A DNA stretch of 63,994 nucleotides, counting the filler, from Basidioascus undulatus (Eukaryota): the NCBI GenBank assembly GCA_000826855.1. It is 4 parts of 4 records of this genome, joined end to end, with 100 filler letters (N's around TTAATTAATTAA, not from the genome) between each part and the next. Parts side by side here need not be neighbours in the genome. Positions count along the whole stretch, not along the records: positions 53,304 to 63,994 come from JTLS01001099.1; 3 more parts are not named here. One strand, written 5' to 3'. The position numbers and the translations under genes are program-made. Shown here piece after piece: positions 53,304-63,994 of the stretch. Under the pieces are notes generated by a model. The model saw only the letters and a program-made list of their open reading frames with translations. It did no database searches and had not been told where the DNA came from. Numbering within the stretch: the stretch's first letter is position 1; each line of letters starts with the position of its first letter.

Positions 53304-54183
53304 GGAGGGGGGAGAGAAGAGAAGGGGTAGGGAAGAGAGGGGGAGTGGCGGAGCGGACCTCGGGGACTGGGGGCCCAGGATGAGAGGCGGTCGCTGGGAT
53401 GGAAGGGGGGCGGATGTTGGGCATCGGGCGTGGACTGGTCTGAAGCGACTTCACAGAGTAGTTTGACTTTTGGCTAAGAGTATTGTGTTGGAAAACAATG
53501 GGAACCCGCAGTCCATTCTGCTTTGCAGGTAACATGGGCAGCTGCTGGGTGTGAGGCGTCGGGACGGCAGTGCTGCATGGTAAGCGGGGAGAATGCATGA
53601 TCTCAGGTCTGCCTGCACGTGAATCTTCTCTATGACTTGGTGGCTGATTCGGGATTTAATACTGGACACATTAGATCCAGGTCGGTGGTTCCGAGGCATT
53701 TGTATATTTGAGCGGACTGGAGAGATCCGGGAGGGCATTCAGCGGGTGTGAATGTGAATGCAGCGCTGCCATGCCGATGGCACCCCTGGAAGAAGCGAAC
53801 AGCCTACATCTCACATTAGTATCCCTTGTTTTTCTGGCTCCTGATGGAATTCTGGTTATAAGAAAGCTTTGACCCACCCCGTCTTGTACAGCGGACAAAG
53901 AACATCGCTGTCTAGGAGTGTTACGGCGGCGACGCTGCAATACGCGTACCATCCTCCTCCGCAGTGCATTCCCGAGGTTCACGCGGAACGGAGAAACTGT
54001 TCGAACTTGATCCTTTATTCTCGGAACACACACGCCCAGTTGGTTCGACGCTACATGGATCTTCGTGCATCATCCATCCCCTTACGCCTGCATTTAAACG
54101 CACACCGCTTCACTACGACGCCCTATATCATGGACTGTCCACAAACAAAAGCCATCCTCATGTTCCTTGCCTCCCCCGTTGGC

Positions 54184-55171
54184 TTACCACCTCCCATCCG
54201 GCCCTGCGAACCCAGGTCCGCCTGCGTATGGATGACTTGAGCAAAAGACCCACTTAAACAAAGGTGTATTGAGTTTCATTCACGTACCTCCCCCAGGCCC
54301 GCCGAAGCCTAAATACCAGCCGTCGTTAGCAAGCTGGTTTGGCGATACAAAGAAGCAAGCAGCGGCTTTCTTACCTCCGCCTGGCGCGCCCGGACCACCT
54401 CCTAACCCAGGCCCACATCCTGATACTCCATCATCAGTTAATAATCATAATCCTATATGCAGAAGCCAGGAAGCAGCTGGAGAACAAATCGCAGCTGCGA
54501 GTGCGACTGCGTACCTCCTCCGCCTGGGCCGCCCCAGCCGCCTGCGGGGCCCGGCCCACCTAGTGTCGTACGTCGCGATCATCAGAGGCCGAACACACCT
54601 CCGTGATGTCCATGGTGGTGCCCCTCGCCGAAACCGCCTCCAGGCGGGCCTTGGAACCCTGGACCGCCTGTAAGTGTCAAAGATGAAAAGAGCGGTAAGG
54701 CTTTGAGTATCAGCTCTCGATTTGTAACGCATCGCATAGAAACGTACCTCCGCCGGGCACGCCACTGTGGTTATGGCCAAAGTGTCCTCCCCCGAACCCG
54801 CCTGCGGGAGGTCCTCCGGCTCTCGGGCCGACTGGAAGCAAGAAGGATGCTGTCAGCGCTCGGATCTCATCTGTCAAAAGAGGTAGTACAACACACATCC
54901 TCCCGGCGCGCCACCGTGGCCATGGCCGTGCTGTCCGCCTCCGCCGTACCCTCCTAGGGGCGGTCCTCCGGCCCCCGGACCACCTGAGAGTGTCAGGGAG
55001 AAACAGTACCGGTAATTGTCTCGAGGTGAAAAGAGTATAGGAGGAAGACGCTGTCCGGGAAGTACCGCCGGGATATCCCTGGTCGTGGCCCGGTGGCGGC
55101 GTAGCGTACTGCTGCTGATTGTGTTGGTGGTGTCCTTCGACTTTGTGTACGAGCTTGCATATGAGTTCCAT
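54184..55171 (-). CDS. Small Gly/His/Pro-rich repeat protein built from repeated exons
   Basis: MELICKLVHKVEGHHQHNQQQYATPPPGHDQGYPG, then exons such as GGPGAGGPPLGGYGGGGQHGHGHGG, GGPGFQGPPGGGFGEGHHHGHHG, GGPGPAGGWGGPGG and GGPGFAGPDGRW*. Confidence 0.6.
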
Positions 55172-55613
55172 CGTGGATACCGTATGAAATGCGAAAAGTG
55201 TGTGCGGAAGCGCTGTGGGAAGGAAGGAAGAAGGCATGATGAAGTCAGGCCTGGGGTCGAGCCACAAGGTACGCAGCGGGCGTTGACGGTACCTTCCAAG
55301 GTACTAATGAGGTTACTCTTCGTTAGAGGAGGTGTGGCAAGGGAAGAAGCGAGAAAGGCACGACGTTTTGTGGGAAGGCTTCAAGGCACCCGCAGCTCCA
55401 AAACAGACTGCGGAATGTACAGAAGACGCGGCATGACGGGTGGCCGGCGGTCCGGTTGGAGTTGAAGCTGTGCCAGTCTCCGCGTTCGGCCTTTGATCTG
55501 ATATAGCGAAGGGGAATATCAAGGCATCTACTCGCTGGCGATGTATGATCTCGTGGTGAATGGCTGACTTTCTCGGTAAATTTGAGAGAGTCCCTCTGGG
55601 ATAGGCCAGCATC

Positions 55614-55685
55614 GGGGGGCTGGCGCAATGGTAGCGCGTGCGACTCCAGATCGCAAGGTTATCCGTTCAAGTCGGGTGTCCCTCA
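55614..55685 (+). tRNA. tRNA-Trp(CCA), intronless
   Basis: Acceptor GGGGGGC/GTCCCTC, anticodon arm TGCGA-CTCCAGA-TCGCA, T-loop GTTCAAG, downstream TTTTT. Confidence 0.93.
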
Positions 55686-56560
55686 GTTTTATTGTTGCGT
55701 GTTTTCCTGCAACGTTTTTATGCTATATCGATGCCCAGGAACCTTGCCATTAGCATACTCAAAAAACAAATTTGTCTGTAACACGGTTCTCGCCCTCGGA
55801 AAGGACAATTTAGGTGGCGACTGCGGGGCTTGCCGTCTGGCAGATCATCCCAAAGGCACCGAGGCTAACCGTCAAAGGGCTGGCATGATTAAGATACGGT
55901 CATCGAATGATTGGATAACATCGATGTTTTAGAACCTAACACATAGAGGGGGCATCGGTGGGACGGCCATATAACGTAGATAGGGCCAGTGTGTCGCGGT
56001 TTGCAGAGGTGTGTTATGTGGCCTATATATGGCGATATCTCTTTCCAGCGAGCCTATCGGACAAATTCGTGTCGAGATCGGTGTAAATTATGCATTCAAA
56101 CCCTCCAGTCACCCAGTCTGCCGAACGAGACCTCTGGCATTGACCAGCCACCTCCTTGTACCCCTTCCCCGCCAGCCTGAACTTCCTTCACCATTATGTA
56201 GAAAAATGATACTGATCGAGCAGCCAACATACTTAACAAGACCATGATCACGATACTTCCACCGATCCTACTTTCTTCCGGAGGCCAGCTCAGTAGTACA
56301 TGTAAGACTTCCACGAAAGGGTGCGCATTCGGATGAAGGCATCTCATAAAGGATTCAAGGGGGTTTTACATGTGACATAAGTCAAATGGCATCCAGGAGA
56401 CTGCTGTCAGTGGGCAAGACGGGTCCACAGAGCTGTACAAGCTCTGTGGGAGGTGTACTGAGTTGGGGATGGGGTACATAAAAGCAGGCATCCGATACTT
56501 AACATGTAATAGTCGAGGTGAAGGCAAAATGAAAAAATATTACAAGGGGTCAAGAACATG

Positions 56561-56632
56561 TCCTCGTTGGTGTAGTGGCTAACATCGGGTGTTCTCACCG
56601 CCCAGCCCCGGGTTCGATTCCCGGACGGGGAA
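56561..56632 (+). tRNA. tRNA-Glu(CTC), intronless
   Basis: Acceptor TCCTCGT/ACGGGGA, anticodon arm GGGTG-TTCTCAC-CGCCC, T-arm CCGGG-TTCGATT-CCCGG, downstream T-run. Confidence 0.93.
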
Positions 56633-57019
56633 GCTTTTGTTTTCCGTCATTCGGTGGGGCACAAATCATGCTTTCCCTCGTTTTTTGATCCCCACTAACT
56701 CCCTTCTTATCTCCCTGAAGCCGCTCGTTCAACAGCGTCCACCCTGGCTTAGTTACGCGGGCATGGGTCAAGGAGCATCTCTCCATTTCTCCATCAGTGG
56801 TTCGCGTTCCACCCTTCTTCTCCTAGTGAATGGCCGCTCGATCCTTCATTAAGTCTGAATTTCTACCGCATCACAATTCCATGAACCAACAACTTCGCAT
56901 TGCCCTGTGCGCATCCATCTGGCTGCATGGAATGTCAGAGCCAACGGACTGTACATGGATCAAAGCTCCTCCTGAGCGTACAACCACCTAAGTTTACGTT
57001 CAACTGAGCCCAGCATAAC

Positions 57020-59703
57020 CTAGACAGTATCTTCCGCGGTGACCATGACAGCCACGCCGGCCTCCCTGTCCTTCCTAAGGTACTCTGCGCACACCAGGCG
57101 GCTCTTGTCGACGTCCACGAAAACAGGCTGCAATACGCCATTGCAGCAAGGGCGAAACAGAATGTGAACCCGCTCTGGGTCATATTTGTGCGGTCGATGA
57201 TGGCCTGAAAGCACCAAAGCAGGGAGCGGATGTCGTCAGTGCTGTGCTGCTACAAAGGAGAAGAAGGCTTGAACCTGAGCAACGAAGGGTCCAATGAAGG
57301 AAGGCACTCGTCTTGTTGAAAATGCTCAAGACCTGTGGGTCATTTCGAGTGAGCCCGGGAGCTGAAGCGCAGGGCAAGCGATGGACGTACAGCAAACCAC
57401 AAGTACTCTTTGCCTCGAGGACAGACCTCGGACATCATGATGCAAGAGTAGGAGTAGTAGGGGCAGCTGTCAACCAAAAAAGGACAGTAAATATCAGTAT
57501 TTGATCATAAGTGATAACACTTACACAAGGAAGCCATATAAGACCTGGTAGACGTAGATCTCCCACAGTTACGGAAGCCGAACTCTGCAAGAAAGGCTTC
57601 AGTGGATGATCGCTCCAGTCAGGAGTCTATCTTACTTTCAGTCCACCATTCAACAATCCCCCAGGTCGGGAGAAATATGATGAAAGTGTTGGATATCTGA
57701 AATGCGGTCTTTGTGCGCCAGCCCAGCCGTTGTTGCACCTGCCAGAACGGGTACATCCCGACAACTGGCTGTTAATGAATGCTCGTGAGCAGGGATGCAA
57801 GACCGAGGATGATACAACTGGGAAGTAATGTACGCTGCAGCTGAATCATCAGGAGGTAGATCTGCGGCACAACAAAGTAAGACCAAAGTCGGTCATCGAA
57901 GAAATTGGCATTACGAACTAGCTGAGTGTTGTTGAACTTCGACGAGCTCATTCTGCACGGTTGAGAAAATGGTGACAGTCTGTTCGATATAACAGAGTTA
58001 GTAAGGGGCCGTTACACCTGTGAAGGCAGAAATTTACGGTATTCATAGCATCGCTGGTTGATGGAGAGCAGTTTAGAATAAAGTTTCCTTCCAGATTCAA
58101 GACGCGCTAGCTCACCCAAGCAAAAAGTATCCGAACAGATACAGAGCCGTCTGCCTGAGGATCGGGAAGCTCTTGACCGCATGGTAGACTTGCTTGCAGC
58201 TGATCGTAAGGTAATTGGATCCTGGCGGAAGGCGCTGCGTCGCGCGCCGCTGTTCGCCGAAGAACCATGGGAGAGAAAACACCAGCCACCATGCGCCGGT
58301 GAAGGCGATCACAAAGAGTTCCGCGTGGATGGCCTTGACAATGCCGAGCGCAATGCAACATGCCACAAACAATCGTTTCAATGGAGCTGTTTGGTAGTGC
58401 AAAAAGAAACGATAGAGCACTCTCTATCCCATCAATGTTGCAGATGGCCTGTTGCGGTGGATCAGAAAGAAGGACAGGCGGGCTGAGGCGGTTGAAGGTG
58501 GTTGCCGAGGACGTACAAAGGAATTGTTTGAGATCCGGTTACAATGGTGGGAGTGCAGGTAATGATGCTCCTTCTCACTCATCTCACCCCTGAGAAGCCG
58601 CCTGTGAGACTCCTTCACGTCCGGCATACACGGGCCAGTTCTGGGAATAGATAGCGATTGTCAGCACTCCCACATCAGAAGACGTCCACCCAACACTTCG
58701 TTGAGAGTCACCCACGCGGAAACTGTTGGAGAGGTATTCGAATCAGTGTGAGACAGACAACGGACGGACGACTTACTGCAGCACTCCAGAATGTGACGCA
58801 TGTCCTGTAAGATATCCATGGTCAACCTTCGTGTACCTCTGGCACTCCTTCGATCTCGATACAGACGCGAACCACTCACTGACATGCGCAGTACCCGATA
58901 AGGTACAGACCAAAGGTTACCAGCCATTTGTCTGGAATGTGCACACCCAAGAAGCCGAACGACAAGGCGTAGCCGATAAAGGGGGAAAAAATGGTGATCA
59001 GAGGACGCCTTGAGAAACCGTGTTAGATTGTTACACGGCAGTGGGCTGAGAATGACTCAACCCACCAAGAGCCGTAATCCGCAAGGCTGCCAGAAGAGAG
59101 GAAGAGGATAGACTGAATGGCGAACGAAAGGCCAGACGCAATGAGAATGACGGAGTTGGTGTTGCGGACTCGACCCATGAAGTAGATTCCGCAAGGTCAT
59201 CCGGGCAGTCTGAGCAGGGTGCTCAGCCGAAGGGCTGAATTGCCAGAGACGCTCCGGCTTGGAACATGAGGTTTTGGAACTGGGCATTGTTCGATCCGGG
59301 GTTAGCCAGTCGTTGGGAGCCATCGAAGGACAATGAGCCCACCGCTGTTGGTGCAAATTGATAGAGGCCGAACCTATGCAGCCTTTTATCAGGAATTGGC
59401 CTTTTGAGAATGTAGGGGATTATGAATATCTACCCGCAGTTTCGGACATAGTAGCTAGACGGCACTGGCGTGCACAATGGCAGTTCGCTGCGTTGAAGTG
59501 AAAAAGCAAACTCAGCAGTAGTAGCACCAGACTTCCTTCTTTCTTGTAGTTACGTCCGTTCCGGACTCAGCCACCGCAACCTTAGGATCGAAAGAGGCAA
59601 AGCTGGCGAGAGGAATAACGTTGGCGTTGGAAGAACTGCCCTTGCGGTCCTTAGCGTTGACAGTGTCCCGAACGCTTGTAGGCACTTCGTGCGGGTTCGG
59701 CAT
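57020..59703 (-). CDS. Atg22-like vacuolar MFS transporter (possibly damaged)
   Basis: VTTRKKEVWCYY, QFQNLMFQAG, NRISN, WWLVFSLPWFFGEQRR, LPPGSNYLTISCKQVY, LRQTALYLFGYFLLG, VDVDKSRLVCAEYL. Confidence 0.75.
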
Positions 59704-60927
59704 AGCCGCCCTGCGGAATGCTCGTGGTCAGGAATCATCTGGAAGTGAAAAGGGATGATTGTGGGGGATAGCTGATCGCTGGGTGCCGACTATATAAGAG
59801 ATCAAGAGCCCTGGCAACTTCGGCGCTGATAACGTGAACAAGATACTTTGCAGGCTCCAAGGCATGCCGTCGTTTCGTACTTGGTGAATGAACTGATAAA
59901 CCCATCGAACAGTCACACGACGGTGCGCTGCGAGGATTGAACGGTCTCGCCTGTCCAAGGCTTGCCCATGTGATAAGCGACTGTGCAGCGCCCCGTGGCT
60001 TCTTTATCCATCCTTACGTCTTTAACCGAGCCGAGCTGTCACTGATATATGTCGGGCAGCGCTTGACGGCGGCTGGAATAACATCAAAGATTAAGGCAAT
60101 CAAAGCAACCCCAGGCTGGTGCCGATTGCGGGTAGACGCGCTTCCTGGACATCGAGTGCTTAACTTTGAGCTTGACGTCGTTGACCTTCACCACCACTTA
60201 CCCCTACTGAACTCTCACCCGATCCGTCCTCTACAAAGTGCATTCCACAAAGTGCACGCACTTCTCAACATGGACTGGGCGGCGCTCAAGACCGGGAACG
60301 TGGCGGCTGGCACGGGGCAGGGCAGGTGAAGAAGTGGAATGTGTGAAGATGTGTAGAGGGTGGTAGTCGCTGTTGTCAGGTTTGAGAACGTATGCATGCA
60401 GTTCGGTTCTTCGATGCTTCGCCTTGGAAGCTGTGTCGACCGTTCGGCAGACCGTCAAGTTGGCCATATGACGGGACCGAAAGCGAAGCTGTGGATCGAA
60501 AAACACGTAGGAACGTCACAGTAGGTGGTCCAAAACCCATTTTAGGGACATTGTCGGACGACCTTGCTGAAGTTGAACAAGAACCCCTTTGTGCGAAGAA
60601 GCCAGTCGAAGTCGCGGCGTAGACATATTCAATTGTGCCTCGTCCTTCGATCAAAAGGCATTCTTCCATGCGTCCATTCAAAGAGTGCTGTTTCCGCTCT
60701 CCTGGCTTGATGTACTTCTAAAGCACATGGCGGCACAGCGCAGTCGGAAAGCACAGCCATATTACATAGGCTTCTTCATGGTTGTGGGTCTGAATTGTTG
60801 ATATAAGGTAAACCACCCACCTGAGTGAGTCCGAACCGGGTCTGTGATATCGACGGAATGGGAACAATTTCTATTGATGCGTCGCGGTATGGACCACCCG
60901 GTGGTATTGATTACTAAGTTCGTTAAA

Positions 60928-61000
60928 GGCCGCTTAACTCAGTTGGTAGAGTGTTTGCTTAACACGCAAAATGTCGCAGGATCGAGCCCTGCAGTGGTCA
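60928..61000 (+). tRNA. tRNA-Val(AAC), intronless
   Basis: Acceptor GGCCGCT/AGTGGTC, anticodon arm TTTGC-TTAACAC-GCAAA, T-arm GCAGG-ATCGAGC-CCTGC, downstream TTTTT. Confidence 0.88.
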
Positions 61001-61706
61001 TTGATTTTTGTACTTTCATGCACTATTCATGATGCACTTTTCAAGGGCTTGACTCCGTGGGTCGCCCTCTATTTTGCGTCTACACTACATCGTATCGCAC
61101 AGGAAGTCTCGCATCACCTCCACGACAAAGTGTATTTTCTCGTCGTACCACCCCGGCAAGGGGCGCGTTCAGGCCCTGTTCAGGTGCAGTGCGTCGAATG
61201 CCAGAGGGCGCGATCCTCTGTCGCATATAGTCGGAGACACCCCCAATGCCATTTTTACCAGAATTTTCAAGAATGTACAAGCCCCAGGGGCCCACACCTG
61301 AACCGTGTGCAATTTTGAACACTGAGAATGCGAAGCGTTGCGTCCGCACGACAGCGTCGATGGCGAATCTGCGTTACCGCCGCTAGATATCTGCAAAGCT
61401 CACTGATCTATGCCTATCTGCATCTTCCTGTAGCCTGTATGAAGCTGCAAAGGGTAGGAAAAAAATGGGAGCGCGAACATGCAGCAGCTCCACGCGTGCT
61501 CGCTGACGAGAGTGCAGCCCGGCGTCGACAAGTCCCGGGCGAGCGGTTGCCTTCGCTGACGTGCCCCTTCGACGACGCCTCCACCGACGCCTTGCCGTGC
61601 TCTGCAGCGTGGGCCTCGGACGGGTTTTCACCTTCTTCAATCATAGCCTTCCCGAACACTGTTCGTCTGCTCTTTGCTCTCTCAACCTCCTACCACCGCC
61701 CCGACC

Positions 61707-62837
61707 ATGAGCCTGCTCGACGGCCTGCCCGAACCGCCGCAACGGCCCTTCGTGAGCGCGAGGCCCTCCTACGCGGACATCCCGCCGCTCGAGGTCATTT
61801 CGGGGCTCAAGTACCCGAGCCAATGGTCTAGCAAAGGTACGCAGAGGTGTCTTGACTCTTGCTGCAGCCCTCGACTGAGGACTGGTGCTCCCGTAGGTTC
61901 AGCGGAGAGAAATAAGGACCCGATCAGAGACGCGCTTACCCCGCTCTTCACGAGCCCGACGCACCCCGCGCGGAACGTCCTCGAGCTCGCGTCCGGGTTC
62001 GGCGAGCAGGTGTGCCACGTTGCGCGGGCGCATCCGCACACGGCGTTCACTCCGACCGAATGTGACCCGCACTTGGTCGCGGAGATCAAGGCGGAGCTCG
62101 AGGAGCTGCGGGAGAAGGCCGCGCGGGACTCGCCTGGCGCGTGTGGGAAGCGCGGGCTGGAGACGGAAGAGGTGCTGCAGAATGTGAGGGAGCCGAGGGT
62201 GCTGGATGTGATGGAGGACGAGGACTGGCGAGGGGCGAGGGAGGGACTGGGCGGGCCGTTCGACGGCGTCATTGTCGGTGCGTCTTCCTTTTACCCTTGA
62301 CCGGCATTTTCGAGGTCCTAATAATCTCCCAACAACCTTCCTCCGTCCCGTGTAGCCAACCTCCTCCACTGTGCACCCTTCGAAATCACCATCTCCATAT
62401 TCCAGCACCTCTCCCCACTCCCTCACCGCGCACAGAACGGCACCTCGACCTCGCACTCCCCGCCCTCCCCGCCCATCCTCGACCCGCATCACGGCTGGAT
62501 AGCCATCTACGGAGCATTTCTAATCGTGGGTCTACGCTCAGAGTGTTCAAGGAGGCGACTTACAACTGACATTGTCTCCGCTACGACAGGACGGCCAATT
62601 CACCTCCGAAGGCGACAAGCACGTGAGTACCATCCTTGGTCGGAACAGAATCTCCTCCCGACTCTCATATCTCCCGCACAGTTCGACGCCCTTCTCCGAC
62701 AGCGGGACGATCGCTTCGGCCTGCGGGATCTGAACGCCGTCGTCCGCGTCGCCGAGGAGCACGGCTTCGTCCTCTCGGACCGACTCGCCCTGCCCGCAAA
62801 CAACCTGATCCTCTTCTTCCGCGTCGTTGGACCTTGA
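61707..62837 (+). CDS. DUF938/METTL26-like SAM-dependent methyltransferase
   Basis: SAERNKDPI, VLELASGFGEQ, ANLLHCAP, IYG, FTSEGD, FDALLRQRDDRFGLRD, LPANNLILFF. Confidence 0.88.
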
Positions 62838-63603
62838 TCTTCTCCATAATTCCCTCCCCTACCGCATCTTCTTTCCCCCCTCCTGCCTCCTTTCCTTCGT
62901 CCCTTTCTTTTGCAGCGCCGCACTTCCAACCGGATCCCGGATCTTCAATTTCTGCTTCGTACCTGATCTACCCCTGAACTCGTCCGCTCGCATCACTTGT
63001 TTCAACAACAACACACATCGTCTTCAGCAGCACATCGCTCCGCAATACAACTCTCGCACACTGCTCGGCTGTGAACTAGCGTATATTCCCAGGTGATATC
63101 GTTCCTGCGCACTCTCTTTCTTTTGGGTTCCGGAACGTCGCATCCATCGTTAAGCTGTGGCAATCAAGTGGTGTGCATGACGCAGTCTGACGAGAATAGA
63201 AAGCTGCGTGAAGCGGCTCGAAGCCCGAGATACACGAAGGACAGGCAGGCAGGCTGAAGATGCAGGGGCGAAAATCAAGAATTATAGAGACCAGGAAAAT
63301 GAGTGCGGGGTGCGCAGGGCACATCGTCGAACGAAGAAATGGATGAAGGAGTGAAGGTGCGTCGTCAGAAGTGAATAAATACGGGAGCAGGCAATGAGCG
63401 TGTGAGCAGTGGCTGCACGGAAGGAGCGAAGGAATGTCCGAGGGTGGAGAAGAAGAATCGTCGAAGGATGGTACAGCCCGAGTCCGCCAGTCTATACAGT
63501 CTAAGTCTATAGGGATCTGAGAACGGATCGGCGCGCGGCAGTCGCGCCGAAGCTGAGGCGATACAGATCGTAGACTGCAGCGGAGGGAAGCGATCAGCAA
63601 CGT

Positions 63604-63994
63604 TCAGAGCGCGAGAGCGAGAGAAGCGGACTTACCGCTCATCGTCGGGCTGTGGTACGTCGGTTCAGCCGCAAGCAGTGCGCGCTGCTTGTCCGACAGG
63701 AGGCGCTCGTCGATGATCGATCGCGTAGTCGTGCGCCCAGCCCCGCCCGCGTCCCTGCCCTGGTGCCCGTACGTCTGCGCCGGCGGACGGAGCGACTGCT
63801 CAGCGAGCGTAGGCCGCCCAACAACGCTCAGGTGGTACACGGAGGGGTTGGGCGACTCGAGCGACGGCGGGACGAGCGCGCCCGCCTCGTCGTAGAACCT
63901 GAGCATCGCGCGCGGGAACGTCGGCGTCGAGGTGGTGGACGTGTCGGATGCGGAGCGGGGGAGGGAGGGGGCATGGTGAGGCGGCGCGGATGGA
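63604..63994 (-). CDS. Part of an unidentified gene entering from the window edge
   Basis: GC-rich open frame (PTFPRAMLRFYDEAGALVPP...IIDERLLSDKQRALLAAEP) with a possible GTAAGT donor near 63635. Family not recognised. Confidence 0.4.
   Translation of the reverse strand, partial: PSAPPHHAPSLPRSASDTSTTSTPTFPRAMLRFYDEAGALVPPSLESPNPSVYHLSVVGRPTLAEQSLRPPAQTYGHQGRDAGGAGRTTTRSIIDERLLSDKQRALLAAEPTYHSPTMSGKSASLALAL

Noticed and set aside
59937..60700. Coding-looking fragments between the Atg22-like gene and tRNA-Val
   Set aside because: Multiple stops and no recognisable family, so there is not enough evidence to call.
60976..60992. A instead of T at position 54 in the tRNA-Val T-loop
   Set aside because: A54 variants occur in some eukaryotic tRNAs and the rest of the cloverleaf is normal.

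Overview
Intron-rich eukaryotic DNA from a fungus, probably a basidiomycete (short introns, dominant GTGCGT/GTGAGT donors, CTGAC branch points; the lineage is inferred). The window is four contig pieces joined by artificial 100-bp linkers (N44-TTAATTAATTAA-N44). Recognisable intact genes: HAL/SAT4-type kinase, SKP1, a histidine-phosphatase/PGM-family gene, MZM1, RSP5, Elongin A, a cupredoxin-like secreted protein, PCBD, MVD1/ERG19, a BOI/POB1-type SAM-PH protein (partial), ATP4 (partial), a GH18 chitinase, two MFS transporters, a DUF938/METTL26 methyltransferase, and tRNAs Trp(CCA), Glu(CTC) and Val(AAC). The most unusual item is an apparently circularly permuted tRNA-Arg(ACG) at 31031-31103: the 3' half comes before the 5' half, the break is at 37/38, and a poly-T follows. 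It abuts a contig end, so it needs read validation. Also notable are a head-to-head duplicated pair of decayed Uma2/PD-(D/E)XK-like nuclease genes, a divergent homeodomain gene lacking Asn51, RSP5 directly adjacent to Elongin A, and many gene relics (ITPase, YTH, nitrilase, carboxylesterase and others). All calls come from manual reading and recalled motifs. No searches were run, and exon boundaries are approximate.
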